From contig CM059433.1 in the NCBI GenBank assembly GCA_030390025.1, positions 22,508,001-22,572,000 on the forward strand: 64,000 bases of DNA, read 5' to 3'. The notes under the pieces were generated by a model. It did not search any database. It saw only the letters and a program-made list of their open reading frames with translations, and had not been told where the DNA came from. Numbering within the stretch: the stretch's first letter is position 1; each line of letters starts with the position of its first letter. Made by a program: the position numbers and the translations under genes. Below are positions 37,963 to 50,375 of this stretch, in pieces. The DNA is from Squalus acanthias (Eukaryota).

Positions 37963-38365
37963 GTTCTCCAAGACCAATATATACTTCCTGAGGTGCAGCG
38001 TCCAGAAGCCCATAGTTTAGCCTGCACCCTGGGTGCCTACAGAGCAGCCCGATCCAATATGGTGGGCTATGTATTTCCGGCTCGGAATGTGCGCGCGCTT
38101 CCTGCCCATCATATTGGATGCTTAGGCGCCTGTTTGGGCTTGAAGAAAGGGCGTGGCGCAATCGAATTTCCAAGAAAGCCATAGAAGAAGTTTGTGTGCA
38201 GTGTTATTCAGGAACAGAATGAGAATTAAAGTTTAATTTCCATTTTTTTCTCTGTGTTGTAATGTATTTTGGACGCTATTTTGGACCAGGCCAGAAGAAA
38301 ATTGACCCTATAGATTCTGCTAAAATTCCAATGGGAAAAGTTTCTAAAAGGTACCAAAACACACT

Positions 38366-39062
38366 GGCCTAGAAATTCGGGAGCGCTGGGAAGCTACCCC
38401 CATGCTGGATCAGTACCCTGTGCTAGGATGGACAGGTCTGAGGACCCCCGGATATTGGGCCTCGGACCTCATTACCATAAGCCCAGTGTTGCTGGACGGG
38501 GCCCTCTGGGCAATGGAACAAAGAGCGGGCCATAGTTAACACCACAGCAGCCTTCAGGTAAGTGAAGGATCGCAGGCCGGAGCGATTGGTGGCCAGGGGA
38601 GCGAGAGAGCTCAGGGGTTGGAGATTCTTGTGGCCGGGTCCAGGGTGGGAGATCGGAGGCCAAGGCCAGGGCCTGTAGCTCAGGGGTTCGGGATCTCAGG
38701 GCTGGGGTAGACATCAGCAGCAGCGATCAGGATGGTACTTTACAGGTAAGTAACTTACCTTTATTTTGCAGGTAATCTTTAGGGTAAGTTGCCCAGACAG
38801 CAGCCAGTGCTGGCTGCCTCGGGCAAACTAGTGTTACAGTGGGGACCTGAAGCAGGCGTTAGGCCTCTTATTTGCATACGCAAATGGTCTAACGCCTGCT
38901 TCACGCATGGGTAAAGGACACATCTTGCTCATCCGTACCCAATATGGTGGGTGGTGTAGTTCCAGTCAGAAGTGTGCATGCACTTCCAGTCCGCCATTTT
39001 GGGGCCTTAGGTGGCCGCATAGCGCCTGAAAAACAGGTGCTACACAACCCAATTTCTAGGCC
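38366..39062. mobile_element. Harbinger-type MITE
   Basis: Perfect 12-bp TIR ggcctagaaatt / aatttctaggcc, TSD ACT; a related right-end fragment lies at ~38020-38172. Confidence 0.85.
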
Positions 39063-40338
39063 ACTTATGTTTGGAATTGATTCTGCTTCACTCATCTTGC
39101 TCATGACATCATCCAACAACCGTTTTGCTGTCTTGAAGCACACTTCCAACCATGACCACATTCCTTATATAATCTGAGCAATTTAGCAACATCTCAGCTG
39201 GTATCTCCTCCCACCAAAGTGCAGTATGAGTACGTAGGGAGAAGCAGGTAACACAGAGCAAAAGATTAATTTGGTACTCAGTACAATATGAACCACAATT
39301 TGAAAGAATTCCTGGAATAAAAACTATCTTCCAGCTAGAAAACAGACACATTCAAGTTATTTATGTGGATGCACCAGTTGAAACAAATTATAACTTCAGA
39401 TTGCAGTACACCCTTATAGAGCTGAAACTAGATAATGTGAAACAAGTTAAAATGAAAGGATCGTGCTGTGGCAATAATGCATCTTGCAAAAACACAGCAA
39501 CACGTTTTATGGAAGAGCAGACATGATCAATAATTGCAATGACTGGTAAAGAAGGAATAAAGGTGCACAGCGAATTGACAGAGGTTGCTGAACAGGAGAT
39601 AATTGGACTTATTGACCCTGCAGAAAAAATGACTTAAATTGGATTTCAAGAAAGTTGAAAAGGACAATAAGGAAACCACAAACAAAAACAGAAAATGCTA
39701 AAACACTCAGCAGGCATCTGAAACCATGGTGGTTTAGCTGGAGAATACTTCAAAAGTTTCAGCGTTACACTCCAGTTTTGCATATTAATACAGTCCTCTG
39801 CACTGCTTCAGTGCAAGAACTGCTGTAAACTGCTGCCACTCTGTGAGCCCAGCAGTAAGTGGGACATTGCTTGGGAGAGGGAGCCCAGCAGTTTAACTAA
39901 CTGCAGCTGGTTCACAGTAGACTTTTTAAGCTTCAGGTTTACAAAACTTTCAGGCAGCTGACTGCACTACGATATCATTTCCAATGACTCAGAAGAACCG
40001 ACTGTCCTATGAGCTCCTTTCCATCGTTAGAAATTTCACTGGCAACTGATGTTTCCTCCGTGTATGTTTGCATAGAGTCGTGCCTTTCCCTCAGTGTGAT
40101 CACGCGGCATGACTGCAGCCGTCTGCTCACTCTTCTGGTAAACACGCTGTCGATACCGCACAACTGGGTGAGGTGCAGTTGGGTGATTCATGTATTTGGA
40201 AGTGACAGTATAATCAGGATGGTTCATCAGATGAACTGGAATAATTGTCAGATTTTTGCTTTACGCCTACCTTGGAAGAAGTTGAAAACTGTTCCACTGA
40301 ATGCTTCCCAAAAGTTTCTTTCAGTCAAGTTGGACAAT

Positions 40339-43300
40339 GGGCGTGAGTTTTAACATTGAAGAACACATGGGTTTAGGTGCGGGTGGGAGGTTAAATTTGA
40401 CGATAATGACAGCACGTCCGGAATCCGGCTCCAAAACGCAGACTTCCGGGTTTAACTCAGGCACGTTATGTTGTGTGTGCTTAACCCCCTCCGGAGAAGT
40501 GGGTTAGTAATTATAACATTTAAAATGAGTGTATTCTAACGATATTTTAACTGCCATTTAAATTGAACAGCATATGCATGGGATTCCCGGGGCTCTTGAA
40601 ACTGGCCATTGAAACAAAGGCAAGAAGGCTGAAAGGCAATTCATGGGGCTCATTAAAAGTCAGGCATACGGATATCAATAAATGCTCAGTGCTCACAGAT
40701 GCTTTCTTACCTCCCACTGGGAAAGGTTTGTTGAGAGTACCTGTGTTGAGGCTAATTTCTGGACTTTGGAGGTAATTTGAGACTCAAGATCAGGATGGGT
40801 GGCACGAGAGGTGCCTTAGATTGGACCTAGGACGAGGAACAAGGTGACCAGCAGCAGCCCCACTGTGGAAAAACCTGCAGGTGGTCAGCACAGAGGGAAG
40901 CAGCAGAGGGGCCGAGCTTGGAGGAGGCACTATCCGCATAGCAGGGTGTACAGGCAGAGGCTCAGTTCCTTTGACCTCTCGGAAGAGCTGTGTCTCCGGG
41001 GGCTGCGATTGTCATGTCAGGTGGTGGCAGCCTCCTAGAAGAAGATCTGCTCCCTGCTGGACCTGATGGCCATGCTTTACCAGTGACTGTGAAAGTCACC
41101 ACCACCCTCAACTTTTTTGCCTCTGATTCTTCCAAAGCGTTGCCGGAGACATATCCAGGATCTCCCAGGCGGCAATCCACAACTGCAAAGGCCAAGTCAT
41201 TGATGGATTGTTTGCCAGGGCTGGCAATTATGTCAACTTCACCTATGATGATGCTAGTTAGAATGAGCGGGCACTCGGGTTTGCGTCTCTGGCTGGCATC
41301 CCACAGGTGCAGGGCATCATCGAATGCACACACGTGGCAATCCACAACTCCCCCAGATCAACCAGGATTATTTGTAAATTGTAAGGGATTCCATTCCATC
41401 AATGTGCAGTTGGTGTGCAACCACAAGAAATGTTTAATGCAGGTGTGCACCAGATTCCCGGGAGCTGCCATGATGCTTTCATCCTGCGGCAGTCTAACAT
41501 CCCCGACCTCGCTGGACCTGCAAGCAGACTTAAGGGATGGCTGCTAGGAGACAAAGGATACCCCCTTCAAACTTGGCTGATAACATCTGTGAGGAACACA
41601 GCCATGAAGCCCAAAAGCGGTACAACGACAGCCATATGACCACCAGATGTGTCATTGAGCAAGCGACCAGCATGGGTGTTGGAGCTTGGGAGGGCCCGGA
41701 CAAAGAATGCTCCAGCTGAACTTGTGCAGAGGCAGATTCAGTCATTAAGCGATGAGGCAGCATGTTGGGTATTGACTGAGGGGGGGGGGCAAAGGGTGAG
41801 AAGTGGAAGAGCTTTGAGTGGAGGTCCCAGTACTATGCCCCCTTTCGCCATCATCCCCAGCCGTTCTTCACTCCTACCACTCTGCTGGAGAGCAGCTTGG
41901 TGCAGATCAGTGATACACTGTAAGGCCATGGCTAAGGTATCCTATTTAAGGCACCACACATGTTGGCATCCAGAGTTTGCACAGTCATGTTCGAGGCCTG
42001 CATGGACTCATTTGATGGCCATGATTGATGTTCTATGGAGTTGGCCAATGGAATAAGACATCTTCATAATGCCCTGCGACATCAACACACTCATGCTTGA
42101 GTTGGACTCCTCCATTCTCCCTGAAATTGAGAACAGTGTGCGTGGAAAGCCTGCCATTTTGTCGCAGATTTTCTGCTGCTCCTCAATGATTATCCTTTTC
42201 ATCGATGGTCCCCGGGGTACAGCATCTGGGTCCAGCTGAGTAGAGCTTGAAGAGGGCTGCACTCTCTGACACGGACTCACCACAGCGGACCCTACCAGGT
42301 GATGTGCGAGTATCTGAGCTCGTGCATGGTAAGCATGAGTCCTGTGATGGTGTACCCTCAGAAGGAATCAGCTCCTCTGAGGACTCGGCATCCGGGAAGT
42401 CCACCGACTGCTGCTGCATGCGTGAAGGCCCTGGCAGAGAGAAAAGATATGAATTAGTACTGGCAAGGTAAGAATGTTGCAAATTGGCATTATGAAAATG
42501 ATCATATTTCACTCGCTGCTGAAATCAAGTCAACATGACTGTGTGTTGTATGACATGTGGGCTGCTGATATTTAATTCTGTCACCAAGTAGCTGGGAGGT
42601 TCCAATCTCTCCATCTCCAATGGCCAGGGATGATGAAACGCCACTGATCTCCAGCGCTTCCTCCTCTGCAGCTGTCAACTGTGAGATCTGTGGAGGACCA
42701 CATCAAGTCCGCTCCCTCTCCCTAGTGTTTTATGCTGTCTTCTACTGCAACAGGGGAAAGAACAGACCGACGAGTGAGTGCAATGGCATGTGTTTACCTG
42801 ATGAATGGAGTGCATTTGGTGAGGGTGACTATCAGAGAGAGGCATGAAATTGCATAAGGATGGGGGTGAGTGGCAGTGGTGGATGGATAGATGGGGATGT
42901 GAAGAAGTGCATAGAAAGAGAAGGATGCGTGCATTTGCAAGGTAAGTGGGTGTTAGGAGTGATGTAATGGAATAGGCTTGACAAGGCAGAGTGGTGGGGG
43001 GCGGGGGGGGGGCGGGGGGAGGTGATGCGCACAGCAGGATATAGGTAAATATGCAACTGTACTCACCTTTCCTGACCTGGCTAGGTCATTAGAGCATTTC
43101 TGGCACTGAATCCAGGAGCGTGGCACAATGCTCCTGCTGCTGACCTCCTGGGCCACATCCAGCCACCACTTCTTTGTTGCAGCAGCAGGTTTCTTCCTCC
43201 CATTGCCGGGGAAGAGCATCTCTCTCCAGCTCCTCACAGACTCCAGCAGCGATGCATCGCTAGATCGAGCCGCAGCTCTTGACCATCCTGAATCCATTCT

Positions 43301-43572
43301 GAGACTTTGCCTTCTCTTGGTTCAAACTCCTAACTCTTCCAAATTCCATCTTTGGATTGGCCATCAAATACTCCAGTTGAGATCACGTCATTGGGTCTGC
43401 GTCACATCCGCTGCCATGCATTCGATGCCGAACCCGGAAGTAATATCGCAAAGAGGAGGCTGCGTTAAAATACCACAGACCGACGCACTGAAACTTCTTA
43501 CAGGTTTTGTACCTGATACCGCACAGCCCCCTGCCCCCACTCCGAACGCGCCTTGGTGTTATTATCAGTGCC
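40339..43572. mobile_element. Decayed Harbinger (family C): transposase + at 40795-~41665, Myb - at ~41720-43297
   Basis: TSD AAT on both sides; [47 protein letters not shown]; Myb MDSGWSRAAARSSDASLL...SWIQCQKCSNDLARSGK. Confidence 0.9.
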
Positions 43573-43735
43573 AATGTTTCACTCCCCAAGTGTAATCATA
43601 TTTGCATAATGCACAGCTTGGAGTGGTGAAACATCTGGGATCATTAATAATCTTTGTTGCTGGTGGAGGTTAATAAGTCTCCACAACTCTCCAGGCATAC
43701 TGTTAAGGTTGTGTTTTTCATAAAGCAGAAATAAA

Positions 43736-44540
43736 GGGATGAATTTTAACCCCCAAGCCCAGGGAGGAGGCAGGTAGGGGGTTAAAAATTAAAAAATAGC
43801 AAACCCTACCCCAACCTATCTCCAATGTGCCTACTTCGAGTTTTAACAGAGGCGGGTTGGGGGATGGGCGACTAACCTGCTCTCCAGAGGCGGGTCTGTC
43901 ATTAAAATATTTTAATAAGGCTGTGTGTCTCAAATTTAACCTGTTTCACATTTAACTCCTGGGGGCCAGGTTTCCCAGGCCTCAAGAAACCCAGCAACTG
44001 AAGGGAGTCGAGAATGGCTGGATGAAACGGGTTAAGTGCTTCTCCAGCACTGCTTGAGGGCCAGGAGGAGCAGGAGTGTTTCCGCTGGCCCCCAAGCTAC
44101 CCTGTAAACCACCTTGCGATCCGACCCCTTTGATCGCCTGACAACCCCCGAGATTGGACACCCTCCCCCCATGATCGGAGCCCCATTTCCAACCTCCAAC
44201 ATCCAACTCCCAACTCCCCCCTCCCGACCTCCGATATCCAACTCCCCCTCCTCCGATGCTCAATGTCCAATTCCCACCCCGGCCTCCGATGTCCAACTCC
44301 CCCCACTCCCCTCCCCTGACTTCTGATATCCAACTCCCTCTTCCCCGATGCCTAACTCCCCCCCGCCGACTTCCAATACCCAACTCCCCTCTCGATCTCC
44401 CCCCCATTTGTAACTCACCTCCGCTCCACTCCCAGGCGGCTTACCCGCCAGACAAACAACTGCGACCAGGAAACCAAGTCAAAAAATTTAAATCCGATCC
44501 TGTCGTTAAATTCGGCAGGACCTCTGGGAAACTCATATTT
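43736..44540. mobile_element. Harbinger-type MITE (family B-like), right end lost, with degenerate C-rich tandem repeats at ~44120-44430
   Basis: Left end gggatgaattttaacccc; repeated ccgatatccaactcccc-like units. Confidence 0.65.
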
Positions 44541-44554
44541 CCTGCAAGTTACGC

Positions 44555-44825
44555 TATTCAATTAAATCGTGGCTGATCTGTATCTTAACTCCATCTATTT
44601 GGCGCCGTACCCCTTAATGCCTTTGCCTAACAAAAATCAATCAATCTCAGTTTTGAAATTTTCAATTGACCCTCAGCCTCAACAACTTGTTGGGGGAGAG
44701 AGTTCCAGATTTCCACTACCCTTTGTGTGCAGAGGTGCTTCCTGACATGACCCCTGAACAGCCTAGCTCTAATTGTAAGGTTAGTCCCCTTGTTCTGGAC
44801 TCCCCACCAGTGGAAATAGTCTCTC
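44555..44825 (-). mobile_element. CR1 3' tail fragment
   Basis: Matches 27290-27560. Confidence 0.7.
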
Positions 44826-45404
44826 TTGGCTATAAATTCATCTACTTACCGCCACTTCGCAGCACCGTGAAATGGCGATATAATGGTGGCCGCCGCTCTT
44901 CCGCTAGCTGGTGGCGGGTCCCATGGCAGCCGCCATTTTCGTGTTCCCCTTTGAGCTGTCGGTAACTGGTAGCGCCCTGAAAGAAATAACGCTGACTTAA
45001 CGTCACCAACATGACCTTCGACCATAACACTGAATTCAGCGCTGGGTCCTAAGCACGCCAGGTTAACCTGACAGTGGCAATGTCTGCCCCTCTTAAAGGG
45101 ACACACACATCGTTAGTTAAGTTTGAATGTAAGGTTTTGGACTTTTTAAAAAAAAATTATTGAAGCGGTAGTTTGCTGCAATAGATTTGAAAAGTTTTTT
45201 AATTGTGTAGGGAGTGCTGTTGAACGCTTGCAAGGGCTCGGATGGTAAATGAAGGCCTTTGAGAAGACTGAACATGTTGCGAATACTCAGCAGGTCACTC
45301 AACATCCATGGAGATAAAAACAGAGTTCACGTCTCAGGTCGACATGCTGCTGACCAACTGAGTATTTCCAGCATTTTATGCTGTCATTTCACATTTACAG
45401 CATC

Positions 45405-47479
45405 CACTCGCAGAGGAAAGAGGAAGGCACAGAAGAGGAAGAAGCAGAAGAAGTGGAAGCAGAAGAGGAGGCAGTAGAAGGAAGGATGCAACCCAGACAG
45501 GCCCTTTGTGGCCAGGATATCCGGGATAGAATCATTTGCCTGCAGTCCCAATGACCACAACCCCAATTCCCCTTTCAACATTAGTCCCACACCTTACCTT
45601 CCATCTGTTACTGACCATCACAACGTCCTCTTGGCCACGATGCTGAAATAAAAGCCACCACAAAGCAAACTTTCCAATGTGACATCAAGAAATCAACTCA
45701 TCACCCGTATGCATTCTCTTAGTGACTATCTTGTGTGTGCCTTTGCCTATCCTACTGATGTCATGTACTGCTACCCCAGTGGCTGCAGCATGGCTGGTGG
45801 AAGGCTGCTGACTTTCAGTGGGGGAGACTGCAAATGGCCTTGCTGGTTGACCTTGAGGAGCTGGTGGCTGAGTGTCAAATCAATCTTCTTCTTCTTGTTC
45901 TTCTTCACTCTTCTCTCCCTGTTCTTGGCTGGGCAGGCTGCATTTCTTGGGTGTGTGAAATGAGGAAGGCACAAAGAAAGACTTATATTTATATAACGCC
46001 TTTCACGACCACTGGACGTCTCAAAGTGCTTTACAGACAATGAAGTACTTTTTTGGAGTGTAGTCACTGTTATAATGTGGGAAATGCGGCAGCCAATTTG
46101 CGCACAGCAAGCTCCCACAAACAGCAATGTGATAATGACCAGATAATCTGTTTTTGTTATGTTGATTGAGGGATAAATATTGGCCAGGACACCAGGGATA
46201 ACTCCCCTACTCTTCTTCGAAATAGTGCCATGGGATCTTTTACATCCACCTGAGAGCAGACAGGGCTTTGGTTTAACGTCTCATCCGAAAGACGGCACCT
46301 CCGACAGTGCAGCACTCCCTCAGCACTGCACTGGAATGTCAGCCTAGCTTTATGTGCTCAAGTTTCTAGAGTGGGACTTGAACCCACAACCTTCTGACTC
46401 AGCGAGTGTGCTACCAACTGAGCCACAGCTGAAACTTGGGTGGAGTTGTGGTGATGCGAGGGCGGGGGAGCATGAGGTGTATGCCAGAAGGAGGATAACA
46501 TATGAGGATACCAGCATCTTGTATCCTTTCAGCCTCTCCGCTGGCGAAGGGCTCAGCCATGCCCCTGCCAAGAATGGCCTGCACCGTCTCCTCCAAGGGG
46601 GTGAGGTGAGGCTAAGAATGGGAGATGCGCCTCATGATTGGTACAGATTGTTGATAGGTTAGTGATTGGGCATCGTGCATTGAGCAGTGTGTGATGCAGT
46701 TGGTAGGAGACGGCTTTTGAAGAAATATTCACTGACCCTGACTAGTGGTCTGAGGTCATGAAGCTTCTTTGGGCACTGGAGCCAGGTGGTGGGGCGATAC
46801 TGCTGGCAGTGATGGCCTCGGTGATGTACTCCCACATCCATCTTTCTGGAGGGCCTCCAGGCCCTTGTGGGTAGAGGGCCTGTCTTGCAGTATGGCCTAC
46901 ACCTGCTCCTAATTCTTATGTTCTTATGTCCACCACAAATTGGGGATGCACTGCTCCACACACCACACCCTACAACCTATGCTGCAGTTGAGTGAGGCTC
47001 CGTAACGAGATGAGGAGGTGCCGTGATTACATTGAGGGTGCTGGAGAAGACGTCGTGGGGTCGTGATTATATTGGGGGGTTCAGAGAAGACATGGGGGGC
47101 TGGTGGCATTACTGGAGGCATCCGAGACTAAGTTCTTGTCCAGGTGCGGCATTGCTGCTTCCCACAGCCTCTGGAAGCAAGGCTGTGGAGCTCACAAGGA
47201 ATGAAGAGGCCTGAGAATTAAAGGGACCCTGCACATTGAAGCAATACAAATAAAAATGCAGTGAATCAATACATTTTTCAGCCCTTTCTGCCTTTTACAA
47301 AATATTTAACATTAAAAAGAAGTCCCAAATGTGAATATTCGGCTCTTAAAGCTGAATTCCCTTCCTAACCACAACAAATGATAAACTGCCTCAGCACTAT
47401 CACAAATGGCTCAGCAAGCCAGGGAAGGGGCACCCAGGGCCTCGCACGCAGCAGTCCAGCTTTGTGCAACGGTCAACAC
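45405..47479. mobile_element. Rearranged Harbinger remnant (convergent 3' ends plus Myb exons), split by a SINE and by an inversion
   Basis: 45545-45680 is the reverse complement of 8340-8460; Myb exon 1 on minus at 46735-46889 (TTWLQCPKKLHDLRPLVR); Myb start on plus at 47406-47477. Confidence 0.75.
45980..46432 (-). mobile_element. Full-length tRNA-derived SINE (SacSINE1/DeuSINE-like)
   Basis: Minus strand has A-box TGGCTCAGTTGG and B-box GGTTCAAGTCC, a central conserved domain, and an L2-like tail. Confidence 0.85.
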
Positions 47480-48170
47480 GGCCCCATGAGCCTGCTCCAC
47501 CATTCAATAAGATCATGGCTGATCTTCGACCACAACTCCACTTTCCCGCCTGCTCCTCACATCCCTTGATTCCCTTAGTGCCCAAAAATCTATCAATCGC
47601 TGTCTTGAATATACTTAACGACTGAGCATCCACAGCTCTCTGGGGTAGAGAATTACAAAGATTCACAAACATCTGTGTGAAGAAATTCCTCCTCATCTCA
47701 GTCTTAAATGGCCGACCCCTAATCCTGAGACTAAGCCCCCTAGTTCTGGACTTTCCAGCCAGGGGAAACAACCTCTCAGCATCTACCCTGTCAATCCACC
47801 TCAGATTTTTATATATTTCAATGAGATCACCTCTCATTCTTCTAAACTCCAGAGAGTATAGGCTCAATCTCTCCTCATAGGACAACCCTCTCATTCCAGG
47901 AATCAATCTAGTGAACCTTCGTTGCACCGCCTCTAAGGCAAGTATATCCTTCCTCAGATAAGGAGACCAAAACTGTGCACAGTACCCCAGGTGTGGTCTC
48001 ACCAAAGCCCCGTACAATTTTAGCAAGACTTCCTTATTCTTGTACTCTAATCCCTTGCAATAAAGGCCAAAATGCCATTTACCTTCCTAATTGCTTGCTA
48101 TACCTGCATGCTAACTCTCTGTGTTTCCATTATGAGGACACCTAAATCTCTCCAAACACCAACATTTAAT
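47480..48170 (-). mobile_element. CR1 LINE 3' fragment
   Basis: LKLYGALVRPHLGYCAQFWSPYLRKDILALEAVQRRFTRLIPGM. Confidence 0.9.
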
Positions 48171-48261
48171 AGTTCGGAGTGACTGCTGCCAACGTACCGG
48201 AAGCTGCACAGAAGCATTCTGTGTATAAACGTCAGATCCCAACTTTGAAAAAGTAACGTTC

Positions 48262-48702
48262 ACCACAACAGACGGAGGAGCTGAGAGCGATAAACACACT
48301 CAGCGAGAGTGCAATAAAACTCTCACAATTTGACAACATCCTAATATCACCTTCAAATCACATTTTCTCGTTAAATTGTATTGGAAGTTTTAGCAGTTCA
48401 TTCGGATGAATTAATCACACTGCTGCCACTCTCTCTTCTCGCGTTCCTTCTGTGCCCTCCCTCTCGTTTTCCTCCCCAGTCTCTTTGTCTATCGCTCCTC
48501 TCTCTATCTCTCTGCACTGTCTCAACTCTCTTTCTCAATGATCCTTTTCCCAGCCGATTAAATCCTAACATCCTGCGCCTGCATTCTGTTCACCAGCCGT
48601 GTGTTCAAACCACAACAGACGGAGGAGCTGAGAGCGATAAACACACTCGGCGAGAGTCCAATAAAACTCTCACAAGCTGACAACATCCTAATATCACCTT
48701 CA
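48262..48702. repeat. 94-bp direct repeat pair (48262-48355 and 48609-48702), 4 mismatches
   Basis: Directly visible. Confidence 0.9.
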
Positions 48703-49160
48703 TTACAGACCTCACAATACCTGAAATTTCCACCCCTCACCTTTCTCTCTCACTAATCTGTGGGAAGTCCGGTGAGAACAAACAAAAATAGTTTCTCACC
48801 ATTTAAAGAATATGCTGTTTTTCTATTCTTCCTTGTGACCCCTGTGATGGACACATTTCAATCACTTTAGCATTTTTGAATTAACTGCAATGCTTTGGCT
48901 ATGCAGTTGACTTTGAACTGAAACTCTTACCCTGCCGCCTTTCTCAGTGTTGGCAAGCTCCAAGTTGAGACTGACAAAAAGTGCTGGAGAACTCTGACAT
49001 CCTAGCCGCCTGAGCTGAATTGAGCCCAGGTTGCAGAGGTGAAGGTCAGCCTGCTGATACACTGTACCATCCAGTCTGTATTGCATTTGATTTGTAATGC
49101 CCCAAGTGAATGAAAATAAGCTGCACATGGTCCCGGAGTGCCCTTCCCAACATTAAAGAT

Positions 49161-49413
49161 GTCATGATGTGGAGATGCCGGCGTTGGACTGGGGTGGACA
49201 AAAATGAGAAGTCGCACAACACCAGGTTATAGTCCAACAGATTTATTTAAAATTACAAGCTTTCGGAGCTGTCGCCCCTTCCTCAGGTAGAGTTACTGTG
49301 AGTTACTGTTACTGTTACTGTTACAGTAACTCTACCTGAGGAAGGGGCGACAGCTCCGAAAGCTTGTAATTTTAAATAAATCTGTTGGACTATAACCTGG
49401 TGTTGTGCGACTT
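49161..49413. mobile_element. Non-coding Penelope-derived fold-back element with two opposed hammerhead motifs
   Basis: Perfect 91-bp inverted repeat (49209-49299 / 49323-49413); 12-bp TSD aacattaaagat (49149-49160 and 49414-49425); arms homologous to 5019-5099. Confidence 0.9.
49333..49368 (+). ncRNA. Minimal hammerhead ribozyme motif (mirror copy on the minus strand at ~49254-49289)
   Basis: UAC-CUGAGGA-A-GGGGC gaca GCUCC-GAAA-GCUU-GUA. Confidence 0.65.
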
Positions 49414-49467
49414 AACATTAAAGATACATGATCAATTTACATCCTGCTTCCTTGCTAAACAGGTTGT

Positions 49468-50375
49468 CATAGAGTCATAGAGTTATACAGCACAGAAAGA
49501 GGCCCTTTGGCCCATCGTGTCCACGCCGGCCATCAAGCCCTGTCTATTCTAATCCAATTTTCCAGCACTTGGTCCGTAGCCTTGTATGCTATGGCGTTTC
49601 AAGTGCTCATCTAAATACTTCTTGAATGTTGTGAGGGTTCCTGCCTCTACCACCCTTTCAGGCAGTGAGTTCCAGATTCCAACCACCCTCTGGGTGAAAA
49701 AGTTTTTCCTCAAATCCCCTCTAAACCTCCTGCCCCTTACCTTGAAACTATGCCCCCTGGTTATTGACCCCTCAACTAAGGGGAAAAGTTCATTTCTATC
49801 TACCCTATCTATGCCCCTCATAATTTTGTACACCTCAATCAGGTCCCCCCTCAGCCTTCTCTGCTCTAAGGAAAACAACCCCAGCCTGTCCAGTCTCTCT
49901 TCATAGCTGAAGCGCTGCAACCCAGGTAACATCCTGGTGAATCTCCTCTGCACCCTCTCCAATGCAATCACATCCTTCCTATAGTGTGGCGACCAGAACT
50001 GCACACAGTATTCCAGCTGTGGCCTAACTAGCGTTTTGTACAGCTCCATCATAACCTCCCTGCTCTTATATTCTATGCCTCGGCTAATGAAGGCAAGTAT
50101 CCCATGTGCCTTTTTAACCACCTTATCTACCTGTCCTGCTGCCTTCAGGGATCTATGTACATGCACACCAAGGTCCCTCTGATCCTCTGTTCTTCCTAGG
50201 GTCCTACCATTCATTGTGTATTCCCTTGCCTTGTTAGTCCTCCCAAAATGCATCACCTCACACTTTTCAGAGTTAAATTCCATTTGCCACTGTTCTGCCC
50301 ATCTAACCAACCCGTCTATATCGTCCTGTAGCCTGAGGCTTCCCTCCTTGCTATTTACCACCCATCAATTTTCGT
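49468..50375 (-). mobile_element. Young 5'-truncated CR1 LINE (270-aa open ORF2 C-terminus at 49549-50361)
   Basis: LQDDIDGLVRWAEQWQMEFN...RDLGV...LYKTLVRPQLEYCVQFWSP; (catagagt)n tail. Confidence 0.95.

Noticed and set aside
46360..46432. tRNA gene
   Set aside because: The A and B boxes belong to a SINE head attached to a SINE body; the same applies to 52301-52380 and 60460-60533.
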